Assembly: GCF_001194135.2 (NCBI RefSeq)
Contig: NC_068987.1
Location: 44,257,750 to 44,321,749, forward strand
Direction of reading: 5' to 3'
DNA length: 64,000 bases
DNA from: Octopus bimaculoides
Lineage: Eukaryota
Numbering within the stretch: the stretch's first letter is position 1; every line of letters starts with the position of its first letter. Under the pieces are notes generated by a model. It ran no database searches, was not told where the DNA came from, and was given only the letters and a program-made list of their open reading frames with translations. Positions 10,801-23,049 of this stretch are shown piece after piece. A program made the position numbers and the translations under genes.

Positions 10801-12099
10801 CGGTAACTAAAATGCTTGTCTAATACATGTTGGATTGTCAACATTTATTGTGTTATGCTGTACATTATACGATTCCATTTATTGTGGAGAGTCTATCATG
10901 TTTCTGAGAGAAGACCAAGTCATCTGAGAGACAAAGTGAAGTTAAGTTGTTTCTATCACTTTTGTCTGCAAACTTTTGTGTTCTCGTATTCTTTGAACAA
11001 TTCCTGCAACAAATCAATTTTCTAATAAGGATGATGTAATGTTCTTTACTATATACGAATGTAGCAAGTAAACTGACACCCAATTTCGTTGAGGCTCTTA
11101 GTGTTGAAGAAAACAACCTGGAGGACGGGCAGGGTATACGATAAAGCAACAGACCAGACAGCTAGCTGGTTTTCGTAAAGATTAAAACAGCAAAACAAAT
11201 TGCCCTATTATTTGGAAGACTTGGTGGTTAGTGGTAGAAGCCGGCCGACAACTAGTTGATATTCGCTCGTCAACTGTCGCCATAAGATCGTCATTCTTGC
11301 TTTGGATCGGATTTTCTCAGAGCGAAGTTTTTGTTACTTTAATCTCAAATATAACAAATTTCTCAACGGCGATGGTTTCATATTCATAATACAGATATAT
11401 CAACTGATCTTGAAACGACCTGAAAGTAGGGTGCCATTGTACAAAACGTCTCACTGAGCAGAAGTCATTCATTCTAAACTCACCAAGTGAATTGAGTTGT
11501 TGCTTCCTAATAGTGATGCATTATTTGAACTGTTTAAATGACTTCAAACTGTTGTAACACAACCTGTAAACTGTGTAAAGCTGTGAACACAGTTTTCCTC
11601 ATCTGCGATGATGAAGACTTACCTGTAGAATTTCAAGTGGGCAACAGATTGAACAATTTAGCCAAAATAGCCATAACTAGATGACATGCCGAAAATCTAA
11701 GTCTTGAAGGTGTCGTTTTTCGTTTCACGGTAAAACATAGAAACAAGATAATGAACATCCTGTACTTTGTATTACTGTAACTCATTATATTTTTTGTAAT
11801 TTTGAAATAACATTTAGAAGTGACTTGAAATTTCATATAAAAAATTTTGTTATTTATTATAGAAAATTTTTACCAGTTTTCATAGTTTTCCTGTTGAACC
11901 TTGTACGGGATGTGACAAAATGTTGGTGCTGTCAATGTTGTTGATACCCGACGGTTTTGACTAATTTCGGCAGTCTGCAATCCTCTTTCTTTGATATAGA
12001 TTACCATCTGAAATCGGCGATCTTTCAGTGTGAATTTCAACCGAGGACCAGTACCAAAAATGTCTGCCGAAGTTCAGTCTAGAAAATGGGTCACTGAGA

Positions 12100-12176
12100 G
12101 TCAAGAGCCATTTCCTGCTTGGCCCAAAGTCGCAGATTCAGGTTTTATTTGTTCATAACTCCAAGCGTCTTCTCAA

Positions 12177-12252
<76 letters not shown>

Positions 12253-12510
12253 CCTGATGTTTCATGATATCTGTAAAGCATTTTATTGATTGTCCGACAA
12301 CAGAAAACAAACTCATGATGAACTACGTCTTTCCAATCCAAAAGATCAAAATCACTTTCACATTTGAGTGACTCTGCTGTGCTTTCTTTTTCAAGGGAGG
12401 GTCACCATGACACTGATCCAATCCACAATGACGATTGCTTATTGTTCCAACATATGTCCTTGATTCATTTTTTGTTCCAGATTTTGAGGTAGCACGATAT
12501 AACATCAATT
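12100..12510 (-). mobile_element. Mariner transposase fragment interrupted by (CT)n
   Basis: Reads ESRTYV, KKAQQSHSNVKVILIF, DWKDVVHHEFV..TINKMLY, matching mariner KKARQSRSNVKVMLIVFFD.KGVVHHEF. Confidence 0.75.
12180..12249. repeat. (CT)n microsatellite
   Basis: Read directly from the sequence. Confidence 0.98.
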
Positions 12511-13324
12511 TTCTTTTTTATATCATCAATTTTCATTTTATATCATAAATATTCTTTTTTGCCGGTGAAAAAGTCAAGGATATAGAGTTAACTGCAAAAG
12601 AATTATGGAGGCCATTTACTATTTCCATAATGAAATGGAAGAAATATTTGTTGATGTCGTTGGAATTTTAAGATTAAATTCGAAGCTAATTTTAAATGAG
12701 AATGAACTTTTTGATTTGGTAACATTAATTAAAAGCAAATATAAATCGATCTACAACGCTTCAGTTTTTTACACGATGAACAAATAACAATATGGAATAT
12801 GGTTTTTTAAAAATATAGAAACATTAACTGTGCAAATAATTTCAAAATCTTTTCACGAGAGTTTTCAATTCATGGAACTGCAGCACTCAGTAAATGAGTG
12901 TTTTGCGTATTGAATTCTAAATGAAAAAAATGAAAGCAACTAATGTACGGTTGAAATAATATGATGTGAGTTTTTCATATTTTTAAACGTGCTTGAGAAT
13001 TGTTCAGATTTCTCAGAAAGAAAGAAAGAATATTACAAAAAATAATGCCCCTTTTTTATGAAGTTTGTAAAAATTAGAAATATAATGTAAAAAAAGTAAA
13101 AGTGATTAAATGCTGTAAATTTATTGTTATTCAATAAAAAGTATATTAGAAGATGGAAATAAAAATCTCTCTTAAACATATATCTGCAACATCATCCTGA
13201 GATGTGATTCTAAAAATAGAGTGTACAGTTTAAATACTAATCTCAAGTAGCACACTGATGCAATGTTATAATTATCCACGTATACCAAATATTAGCAATT
13301 TTGTTCGCTGTCACGCCAACTATT

Positions 13325-13713
13325 ATTGTTGTTGGCACACCGTCGCTTACGACGTCGAGGGTTCCAGTTGATCCGATCAACGGAACAGCCTGCTCGTGAA
13401 ATTAACGTGCAAGTGGCTGAGCACTCCACAGACACGTGTACCCTTAACATAGTTCTCGGGGATATTCAGCGTGACACAGAGTGTGACAAGGCTGGCCCTT
13501 TGAAATACAGGTACAACAGAAACAGGAAGAAAGAGTGAGAGAAAGTTGTGGTGAAAGAGTACAGCAGAGTTCACCACCATCCCCTGCCGAAGCCTCGTGG
13601 AGCTTTTAGGTGTTTTTGCTCAATAAACACTCACAACGCCCGGTCTGGGAATCGAAACCGCGATCCTACGACCGCGAGTCCGCTGCCATAACCACTGGGC
13701 CATTGCGCCTCCA
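13325..13713 (-). mobile_element. tRNA-derived SINE, about 390 bp, full length
   Basis: Minus-strand head tggaggcgcaatggcccagtggtt (A box) ...ggtttcgattcc (B box), tail gccaacaacaataata. A second partial copy lies at 29922-30201. Confidence 0.9.
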
Positions 13714-14096
13714 CCACGCTAACTAGATAGTGTAAAAGTAGAAGGCTTCCAAAGAACAAATAGAAGCAGAAACAGAAGTAAAATGAAAATGAGTGAAGAA
13801 TGAGGTGTTTATTACTTTTCCCAGAATGACAAACAAGAAAAAGAATGAATAAAAGTGAGAGAGAATTGAAATATTAGAGGGTTTGAATAAGAGGTGTTAC
13901 AAGCTTTATTTTATTTTAAACTATCAATGTTTTGTAATATTGTAATATTCTTTTAATATAACATCATTTTTAATTAAATCCTATAACTTTTGTTAAAACG
14001 TTCACGGTCGTTTTATTGTCATTTTTGATAGCAGCTAATTATATTGTTGTCGTTAATATAATGTTTATATATTGTTATTTATATATTTCGTTTGTC

Positions 14097-14247
14097 AGGA
14101 GAGTTGTTATGCCAATAATAAACATACACACTGATTCTATTTCACTTAATTATCATTCCTGAATAGGTTAACAATTTAACCAATTAATAATAAAGAAGTG
14201 AATTAGAACCAGTACGTGTACCTATTATTGGCGTAACTGACTCTCCC
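14097..14247. repeat. Imperfect inverted repeat (MITE-like hairpin)
   Basis: ccaataataaacatacacactgattctatttcactt (14112-14147) pairs imperfectly with aagtgaattagaaccagtacgtgtacctattattgg (14196-14231). Pairing extends through ggagag/ctctcc. Confidence 0.7.
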
Positions 14248-14435
14248 GAGATACAACAAAATCTGTTTGATCTCATAAGTTCACATCAAGAATCTTGCAA
14301 ACCAAATAAAAAAAATGTTTATATATTGTTGTTTATATTACTTGTTTATATGCATTGTTGCGATTTTCCGATGAATGAAAGAGACAGTGTTTCTAGGATG
14401 TTGTTGTAGTGTTTAGGGACATTGTGTATATATGT

Positions 14436-14461
14436 CTGTGTGTGTGTGTGCGTGTGTGTGC

Positions 14462-14507
<46 letters not shown>

Positions 14508-14536
14508 GCGTGTGTGTATGTGTGCGTGTGTGTGTT
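14436..14536. repeat. (TG)n microsatellite
   Basis: Read directly from the sequence. Confidence 0.97.
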
Positions 14537-14689
14537 GCGAGTTAGTGTTTACATGCGTGTTTTTCATGTAGTAACAGGGAGTGCTGGAGTTTAAACGTGT
14601 TGTGAGAACAAACTGCTAATTAAACGTCAGCAAGTCTTCCATTTTAAATATTTTTTTTCTATATTCTTATTCCCATTATGCATCTTAGA

Positions 14690-15420
14690 TGTGTTAGGAA
14701 CCTTAGTGAAGACTGTATCCAACTCCTCCAAAAACGCCTGACCTCATACCTGTGATGGAAATCCTTATTGATTACGCTGCAAAGTTGAGCCCTTTTTTTC
14801 TGGTGAGGAGATTATTGGTAAATGTTGTTTTATTCTGTCTTTAAGCGGTGATTTTGAAAGGTGTATAACAATCTCGCCTTTGTATGGATATTCGTGTTCT
14901 TTCGTTCTGCAATTTAGCTTTTATCCTTTTACGTATGCCCGCATATGCTGGAAGAGAATTCCCTTACGCTAAAATTTCATCCTTCGACCGTCATCCTACC
15001 AATCACCATTTCGTCATGTTTCTTGATATATTATATGCCGTATAAATGTATCTTAAATATGAAGTTTGAATATAACAGGATGGTGTATCAGGAAGTTTTT
15101 GCTCCAATTCTTTGTAAATCGATGGAATGCGTAGCGGCTTTCTAGCTATCTCATGTTCATTATTATTAAATAATTGTGAGATTAATATGGAATTGAGCAT
15201 CTTAATATGCAAAATGAATGTTTGATCCCGGTTAGGATTATGATTTTTAATTGATCTTTAGACGGATGACTCAGCAGGAGGAGTTTGTGTTCGTTATCTG
15301 GTATGGCTGCGATAGCGGCAGTACACCTCTCCACCTTTTCTTTGAGCTTTTGTAGGTGTTTAGTGCAACACAAGCAGTCCTAGTGCATATTTTTAAGAGT
15401 TGTTACCAGCTGAATGACCT
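14690..15420 (-). mobile_element. Degraded PLE N-terminal region
   Basis: Minus strand reads NLLTRKKGLNFA at about 14775-14810. KGLNFA is a typical PLE pre-RT motif. The rest is only weakly alignable. Confidence 0.4.
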
Positions 15421-16299
15421 CTCATAACATGCAGCTGGTCATATGATATATGAAATATCATGCACTAACATATGACACAACTAATCCTGACTAGATACCA
15501 GAAATAGAGTATTTCTGACAGGAAAGACTCATTTCTAATGAGCTGATACTGGTAATTGTTTCGATTTAATCATTTTTAAATATTTTAAAAGGAGTTCCAT
15601 CGCGTAATTTTTCTCGTCAGTTAATCAAAAATCCTTATCACGGTCAATTAAAAATTACTTGATTAAAAACCATTAACATTTGTTATTTTGGGACCTTTGT
15701 TGTAAAGTTCTTACAAGATGTACATTTTAATGTCTTGGGAATTACAAATTTTGCAATTTTTTTTTTAACAGAAGGTTGGTACACACGCTAGATGTGTAAA
15801 GGGAAATGGAAACTTAACAAACTTTCGTAGTTCTTGACTTAATTAACTCCTCTTGTGGCAATAACTACAGTGTTCTTGATCGGGGCACTGTATTGATATT
15901 TACTTTCAATTCTTGCACTTCTTCATCTAATCTGCCTCTATTCCAGATACACGAGCTCATTCTTCTACTGAACTGCTTGAAGATATACTCGAATCTGCAA
16001 CAGTAAAAGTAAAATATTTAATCAAACGCGGTTTCTTCCAAATGAATGAGAAATAAAAACAACATCCATACAATTATCATTTACAAAAATATTTACAAAA
16101 CCATCTAGACAATCATCATTTGCTACAAATGTAGTAGAACAAAGCGAACAAAATGTAACATGAGCCAATGATTCTTCAAATGGTGTTGAATGCAGAAAAG
16201 TAATTTCATAAACTGTTACGTCTTGTATAACTGTATCATATTCTAGCGAAGTAACATTACTTAAACAATATACAACTAAGTTTGTAAGAGCTGAAATTT

Positions 16300-17035
16300 A
16301 TGGTAGTGAAATGTGAGAAGATTTATTCGTGGCTTGTGGGTGGTTCCCAAAACTTCGAGCCTGAAGTATGCTCGACTGTAATTAATCCAGTTCATTTCAA
16401 AGACCAGATGTTAGCATTTCCAAAGTATGTTTTAGATTCTTTCAATGACTGTACGTTATAGCCTGTAATTTTTGAGAAAAATATTTGCTTCTTTCAAAGA
16501 CGTCGGCATACATTATTGCTGCCAAAATTCTGTTGAGTACAAGAGAACAACAACTTGAAACTATGCTTGACCAATTAAATAAATCTAAAATAGTGTTTAA
16601 CTGTAAAATATTGAGAACTGCAACTTCTTATACAACTAAAAACAAAGCTGACACAGTTGCAGGAATTAAATGGCGAAAATACTCCTTAAGGATTGTGCTC
16701 ACAATTTTTATGCGACAAATATAGCAAACAATGTTGCACAAGAAATCAGGTCAGCTGTCTGCAAACGCTTCCTTGAAACAAAAGAAAAATAGCCATTCTA
16801 ATAGGTGGGTCGATTCTCCAAGCAACAAACTTTGAAAGTCATTTTGAAATGTGAAACGAACGAAATGATCCACATTTTATATAGTTGGATTTTCTAGAGT
16901 TAAACCAGAAACAAAAGCAGAAACAATAAACGAAAACTTGCTTTATGGCCCCGATTATCTTCAAGACAATCTTATTGCAATTAGTAGTGATGGTGCCACT
17001 GTGAATCCACGATTCATTCAGAAAGTATCCTAAAA
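16300..17035 (+). mobile_element. hAT transposase relic, 5' part (KIAA1586/ZNF862-like type)
   Basis: Reads NIANNVAQEIRSAVCKRFLETKEK.AILIGGS (compare SILIDES) and NLIAISSDGATVN (compare NL..FASDGASVM). Confidence 0.6.
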
Positions 17036-18200
17036 ATAAGGTTGTTACTAAGTAATGGTGATTGTTACTATTTTGATACGTGATGCATATTTTGGAATAA
17101 GCTTTTATTTAATTATGTTCATAAAATATATAATATACAATTTTGGTCTTTTGATTTTTGCTCATAGTTTTGATTTTGCTACTCTTTCTTGTTTGTTTGA
17201 GGCTTTAAATTAAATGCAAAAGAACGCAAGAATCGAAAACTACACACATCAACCTAACATTTTGGCCAAGGACCAAATGTTAGTTCAACAATTGTTCCTA
17301 AAACATTTCAGAGTTAAGACGAGAGCCTTGAAGATGAGCAAGAATGTGACTGACACATGACAAACTGGGCGCCATAATTAAAATGGAAATTCGGAAAACA
17401 AATCATAAAATACAAAACCAAATATTCAGCATTCAACAGTTGCTCGACATTTTTACCGCATAGTAAAATCAAGAAAGTTCAATAAATCGGTAACGCACGA
17501 ACTGAATGAAAATAAAATCGTTACTACGATGTCTGCTCTTCACTTCTTTTACGATGCAAAGGCTATCCATTTTTTAATAACATAATAACATGGGGCGAAA
17601 AATGATCCTACGGTATTCGGCATAGTGGGTGGACCGAGATGAATACTTTTCCAAATCGAAACCGCATCAAAAGTTTTGTGGTCAGCGAATGGAACCATCG
17701 CTTACTGTTCTTGAATCCTTACAAAATCATCCTGGCGTAGAAGTTTTTCCAGGAATTCGACAAAATGCGCCAATGACTGCAGCGTGTAAGTTGGAATCGG
17801 TCTAATTTTCTCCATACCACACCCGATCTCGTATCACGTAAAGAACAGCAAACATTTGTGCTCAAAAGTGGTCAATTTTCATCCATAACAACACCCGACT
17901 ACAAATTCTCGCCAAATACCCAGCTTACACCCTAGACCTCTCTCTGATCGACTACAAGTTTTTAAAGCAGCTTGATAACTTCCTGCGACTTCTTGAGAAT
18001 AGCTAAGTAACATGAATTATTCGCTTCGAGGACTCTAGAATTCTATGCTACCGGATTAAAGACTTGTTTCGTATTGATAAAAAAATGTATAGATTTCTAA
18101 TGTTTATTATTCCATTTAGCAAAACTATTTTGAGCTGAGATATACGGTTTTATTTTTGGTTGTTGTTAAAACCCTTAATTATTTTTGGCAGCAACGTTAT
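17036..18200 (+). mobile_element. Near full-length decayed mariner (Hsmar1/SETMAR-like) inserted in the hAT
   Basis: Degenerate TIRs aaggttgttactaagtaatg and aattatttttggcagcaacg. Reads DESLEDE, HELNEN, ITWGEK, PAYTLDLSLIDYKFLKQLDNFL, EFYATG. Confidence 0.85.
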
Positions 18201-18204
18201 ATTA

Positions 18205-18720
18205 TTGCATGATGTTGTTTAAATTAACCTTTGGTCAGAAGCAGATAATATTTCTGAAGTAAATGGTATTTATCATTTTAGCTTGCTGACAGGTAAACTG
18301 TACTCTTTCTATAATCTGTCTTCTAAAAATCAAAAAGGGATTCAAGTGAACAGCAAAGCTCTTTGAACAAAAGAACCAGATAAGTTTCGAACTCCTTGAG
18401 AATTGTTTCAACAGTTGGGAATAGCCATACAACGTTGTTATCGTTTTGAACATAATAGCAATAGCACTGATAAAAGTGGATTACAAGTTGACCAGTGCAC
18501 CTTTAGAGGATTCCACAAATGCATTCCATCAAAACAGTTTCTCTTTGATCAGCCACTTATATACAATGCATTATCCGAATTATCTCTTCTCTTCTTGATG
18601 AGTCCTTACACAAAAAGGATATCTCAATAGTTTACGGAGACAAGTTAATTCGTCGCAGCATGCAATTTTTGGAAGTAATGAAAGAACAGAATGCTAAAAA
18701 AAAAAAGTCATAGAAGCAGA
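18205..18720 (+). mobile_element. hAT transposase relic, 3' part
   Basis: Reads ADNISEVNGIYHF..KLYSFYNLSSKNQK, LIYNALSELSLL, KDISIVYGDKLIRRSMQFLEVMKE. Confidence 0.65.
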
Positions 18721-18805
18721 GACTGAGAAAGGAAATTAAGTTTGCATCAGTGACACTGACAGCTTGCAAGAGTGTTTCAATCAATCATTGCTAATGTTTA
18801 ACCAA

Positions 18806-18868
18806 CATATACATACATACTCACATATACACACACACGCACGCGCGCACACACACACATGCATGCAA

Positions 18869-18899
<31 letters not shown>

Positions 18900-18922
18900 T
18901 GTATACATATAAACACACACAT
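18806..18922. repeat. (CA)/(CATA)/(CG) low-complexity tract
   Basis: Read directly from the sequence. Confidence 0.95.
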
Positions 18923-19076
18923 GACAGAAGTAAATAGACACCCCATAAAACATCGTTTTATGTTTGTTTTAACTTGAAAAGGTTTTTATTGTTTTTTAAT
19001 TGTCATTTTTATGTTTCAGGTTCCATATGTGACTGTTGAATCATGCCACGTACAAAAAAATCGTTGGAACTGTCCG

Positions 19077-19540
19077 NNNNNNNNNNNNNNNNNNNNNNNN
19101 NNNNNNNNNNNNNNNNNNNNNNNNNNNNNNNNNNNNNNNNNNNNNNNNNNNNNNNNNNNNNNNNNNNNNNNNNNNNNNNNNNNNNNNNNNNNNNNNNNNN
19201 NNNNNNNNNNNNNNNNNNNNNNNNNNNNNNNNNNNNNNNNNNNNNNNNNNNNNNNNNNNNNNNNNNNNNNNNNNNNNNNNNNNNNNNNNNNNNNNNNNNN
19301 NNNNNNNNNNNNNNNNNNNNNNNNNNNNNNNNNNNNNNNNNNNNNNNNNNNNNNNNNNNNNNNNNNNNNNNNNNNNNNNNNNNNNNNNNNNNNNNNNNNN
19401 NNNNNNNNNNNNNNNNNNNNNNNNNNNNNNNNNNNNNNNNNNNNNNNNNNNNNNNNNNNNNNNNNNNNNNNNNNNNNNNNNNNNNNNNNNNNNNNNNNNN
19501 NNNNNNNNNNNNNNNNNNNNNNNNNNNNNNNNNNNNNNNN
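19077..19540. other. Assembly gap (N). Other gaps: 20390-20610, 23561-23713, 24366-24780, 30834-31025, 32690-33589, 48837-49535, 53341-53645, 55685-56184, 62201-62392
   Basis: Runs of n, mostly adjacent to (GT)n, (TA)n or (CT)n. Confidence 1.
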
Positions 19541-19594
<54 letters not shown>

Positions 19595-20315
19595 GTGTGT
19601 GTGCGTGTGTGCGTGTGTGCGTGTGTGTGTGCGCGCGCGCGTGTAGTCGTGTAGAAGTGTGCGAGTACGGATATGATACCTAGCTATGTTTGACATACAT
19701 CGGAAAGTTTTCAATGCTGAGCTACGAATGAGACACTTGTGCAGACTGTGTAGTACGGTTAAAGTGGCAGATAAGCATTTAATATACCTAATTTAAGAAA
19801 GAGAAATCTCATGTAATCGGTAACACATTTACCTGGAAATTATAAATAGGTCGTATCACGTAAGTGGATCTGTCATATTTTCTGATCTCATATTGCTACT
19901 TAAAATGCTTAGTCATCCACAGCTTTGATTTTTGATTTATGATATTAAACACATCAATCTCAACGGTTTTATCTTTATTTTACTTAAGCTTCCTGGATCA
20001 ATATTATTTTCTGATCTCTGTCAAGCAATCATTTCTTACCAGTCTCCATTTTCTCATTGTCATGTAAAATGCCATTCTAACTTTCATTCCTTTTACACAT
20101 TTTACATACCCTTGACGTTTTTTAATCCAGTTTTGCTCGACATGACACGAATAAGCTTTATATCACTTGCATGTCTTTGGAACAAGTAATTCTTCCTCGG
20201 GATTCTTCCCTTCATTATTCCATCTAACATTTCTAAATCTATTTTCATGATTTCAATAACATTTTCCATACTCTCAGCAACAGTGACTACTCTGTAATCC
20301 ATGATTGACGTTAGT

Positions 20316-20389
<74 letters not shown>

Positions 20390-20715
20390 NNNNNNNNNNN
20401 NNNNNNNNNNNNNNNNNNNNNNNNNNNNNNNNNNNNNNNNNNNNNNNNNNNNNNNNNNNNNNNNNNNNNNNNNNNNNNNNNNNNNNNNNNNNNNNNNNNN
20501 NNNNNNNNNNNNNNNNNNNNNNNNNNNNNNNNNNNNNNNNNNNNNNNNNNNNNNNNNNNNNNNNNNNNNNNNNNNNNNNNNNNNNNNNNNNNNNNNNNNN
20601 NNNNNNNNNNTTTGAATCCAAACGTAAAGATGGGCGACATGCTGCTAAGTATTTTGGTCGGCGTACTAACGATCCTGACACCTCGTGCATTGATGAGGAT
20701 ACTGATAATAATGTT

Positions 20716-20822
20716 AATAATCCTTTCTGCTAAAGGCACAAGGCCTAAAGTTTTAGTGGGGGAGGACCAGTCGATTACGTTTTGCCCGGCGAGCTAAGGA
20801 TTCTGTCAGCTCACCGCTTTAA
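20716..20822 (-). mobile_element. Internally deleted SINE (911 family) flanked by AAT triplets; another SINE 5' fragment at about 20615-20690
   Basis: aatcctttctgctaaaggcacaaggcc (tail) is joined to ggattctgtcagctcaccgc (head), with aataataata after the head. Confidence 0.8.
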
Positions 20823-20849
20823 TAATAATAGTTGAGAATGTGTGTGCAC

Positions 20850-21695
20850 TGATTAAGAACAGCATGCCTAGTTGGAAAACACGTCTTTTCTATAACAACC
20901 AGCACTGAACCGAGGTAACAATCAAAATAGGTATCTACCAGGGAGACTCTTGTTCACCTCTGTTATTTGTTGTAACCTTGATCTCACCTTCTGTAAGCCT
21001 ACACAAAGTCAACGCGCACTATGAGCTGAGAAAGAATGGACCTTGCCTCAACCACCTTCTCTTCGTGGATGATTTAAAGGTATTCGCAAAAACAGCCTGA
21101 AATGGAGAGACTGGTTGAGACTGTGCAGATGTGCAGCAAGAATATAGGGATGAAATTCGGTATCTCGAAGAGTGCGATGCTCACTTTGAAAAAGAGCAGA
21201 TTGTAAGGGCATAGAATTGCCAAACGGAGAGGGAATGAAAGACCTGGATGATGATGGGTACAAGTACCTTGGGATCCTGGAGATGGACAATATTTTGCAC
21301 AGAGAAATGAAAGACAAGGTCATCACTGCATATTTCAAGCGCCTTAAACTTTTCTTGAAATCAAAACTCAAATCAAGGAACCTTGTGACTGCCATCAATA
21401 TATAGTGTACCCATCCTGAAATGGACACGAGTGGAGATTAACCAACTCGATTGCACTACCCGAAAGACGATGACAATGCAAGGTGCCCTCCCTCCTAAGG
21501 CGAACATACGCAGGCTCTACATGAAGAGGTGTAAAGATGGACGTGGGTTGACTAGCGTACGGGAGTGCATCAACAGTGAAAGAAGAAACATGGCAGAATA
21601 TTTGGTAACGGGTAAACAAGACCTGCTACAGTATGTTGCTAATGCAGAAGGATTTACCAAAGATGGCCTTGTGAGCAGTAATCAACTATGAATCC
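20850..21695 (+). mobile_element. R4/Dong-clade RT fragment, same subfamily as 8950-9509
   Basis: Highly similar nucleotide match to about 8965-9509. Reads LNHLLFVDDLKVF, MPNGEGMKDLDDDGYKYLGILE, LDCTTRKTMTMQGALPPKANIRRLY..GRGL. Confidence 0.92.
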
Positions 21696-21699
21696 CAAG

Positions 21700-22970
21700 T
21701 CAATTTGCTCGTTGATACGGTGTATACCTTCAGTGCTGATATCACAATGGAGTTCGGACTGACAAAGTGTGGTGTGTTAGTATTGAAGAGAGGCAAAATC
21801 AAATATATGGAAGGACTAACGATACCGTCGGGGGAGGTTATGACGCAGATAGAAGAGACGGGCTATAAGTACTTGGGGATTTTGGAAATGGATAAATTGA
21901 TGGAGAAAGAAATGGCAGAAAAATTTATGGTGGAGTACTTACGCAGACTGGGACTGATCCTTAAGTCGAAATTAAACGGATGGAATAAGATCGAAGCTAT
22001 CAATACCTGGGCGGTTTCACTCCTTAGATATGGATCAGGAGTAATCGCATGGACAGTAGATGAACTAAACAGCTTAGACAGAAAGACAAGGAAATTGCCA
22101 ACTAGATATGAGTCACTCTACCCAAAATGTGACACAGAGAGACTGTATGTACCAAGAAAAAGAGGGGGAAGAGGACTTATTGGATGCGAACACAGCATTA
22201 GAGCAGAAGAAAATAATATAGCATGGTATGTAAAAAATGCCACAGAACCGCTATAATTAGAAGTAGGAAGGTCAGGCTTGTGAAGGATGAAAGATTGCAA
22301 AGATAAAGCACTATACAAGAAATTGAAAACGAATGAAACTGAAAATAGATGGGTAAAGAAAAGAATGCATGGTCAATTTCATAAAGATGTTGAAGAGAAG
22401 ACAGACAGAGAAAAAAGATGACTAAAAGTGATTTAAAACCGGGAACGGAGGCTCTAATCTGTGCTGCCCAAGAGCAAGCACTAAGAACAAACTACATAAA
22501 ATACAGAATACACAACACATCGGAAAGTGATAAGTGCAGAATCTGTGGACAAAACGGTGAAACCGTATGGCATATTACCAGCCAATGTACGTCACTAGCC
22601 CAGAAGGAATATAAGAGATTCCACGACAATATAGCTAGGCTTATCCATTGGACACTTTGAAACAAGTATGGACTTCACAGAGCAAAAACTTGGTACGACC
22701 ACAAACCTGAAGGCATTGTCGAAAATAGAAATGCAAAGATCCTATGGGATTTTATGATTCAGTGCGACCATGAGATTGAGAATAAGAAACCGGACATAGT
22801 CTTAATTGAGAAAGAAAACAAACTATGCTGGATCATAGTTGATCCAGCATAGTTTGGAACAGCTCGAATACTCCGGAAGGTACTCGAAAAATAAGAGGTG
22901 TTACCTTAGTTCACTGGTAGTGAACAGTTGACACTGTAGTACATCTCCAGCGTTAGAAGCTGTGCAAAGG
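21700..22970 (+). mobile_element. R4/Dong-clade element, second subfamily: RT thumb to RLE and 3'UTR
   Basis: Reads MEFGLTKCGVL..YKYLGILE..AINTWAVSLLRY..RLYVPRKRGGRGL, AAQEQALRTNY..CRICGQNGETVWHITSQC..HDNIARLIHW, KPDIVLIEKENKLCWII, LRKVLEK*. Followed by an (AAT)n tail. Confidence 0.93.
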
Positions 22971-22971
22971 C

Positions 22972-23036
<65 letters not shown>

Positions 23037-23045
23037 TAATAATAA
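22971..23045. repeat. (AAT)n microsatellite
   Basis: Read directly from the sequence. Confidence 0.98.
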
Positions 23046-23049
23046 AACC

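Noticed and set aside
9500-11150. LRR/Toll-like-receptor-looking peptides on the minus strand (LKNINLSS, LQSLTLEGN, QLWLNINDF, NNLTSL)
   Set aside because: They lie in different, stop-riddled frames with no regular LRR periodicity. Part of the region is better explained as a decayed RTE endonuclease.
11617-11625. Perfect minus-strand splice donor CAG|GTAAGT
   Set aside because: No convincing acceptor or coding frame lies upstream, and one such 9-mer is plausible by chance in a window this size.
13640-13713. tRNA-like cloverleaf head (also at 41860-41915, 43201 and 911)
   Set aside because: Each continues into a multicopy SINE body, so these are not tRNA genes.
19011-19714. Long ORFs in the track that span N-gaps (also near 20300, 24300, 30700, 32469, 48750, 53000, 55630, 62100)
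   Set aside because: They are artefacts of translating N as X. The real sequence in them is mostly microsatellite.
20102-20302. Minus-strand ORF with GIMKGRIPR, resembling an RTE C-terminus
   Set aside because: A single short motif is insufficient to call.
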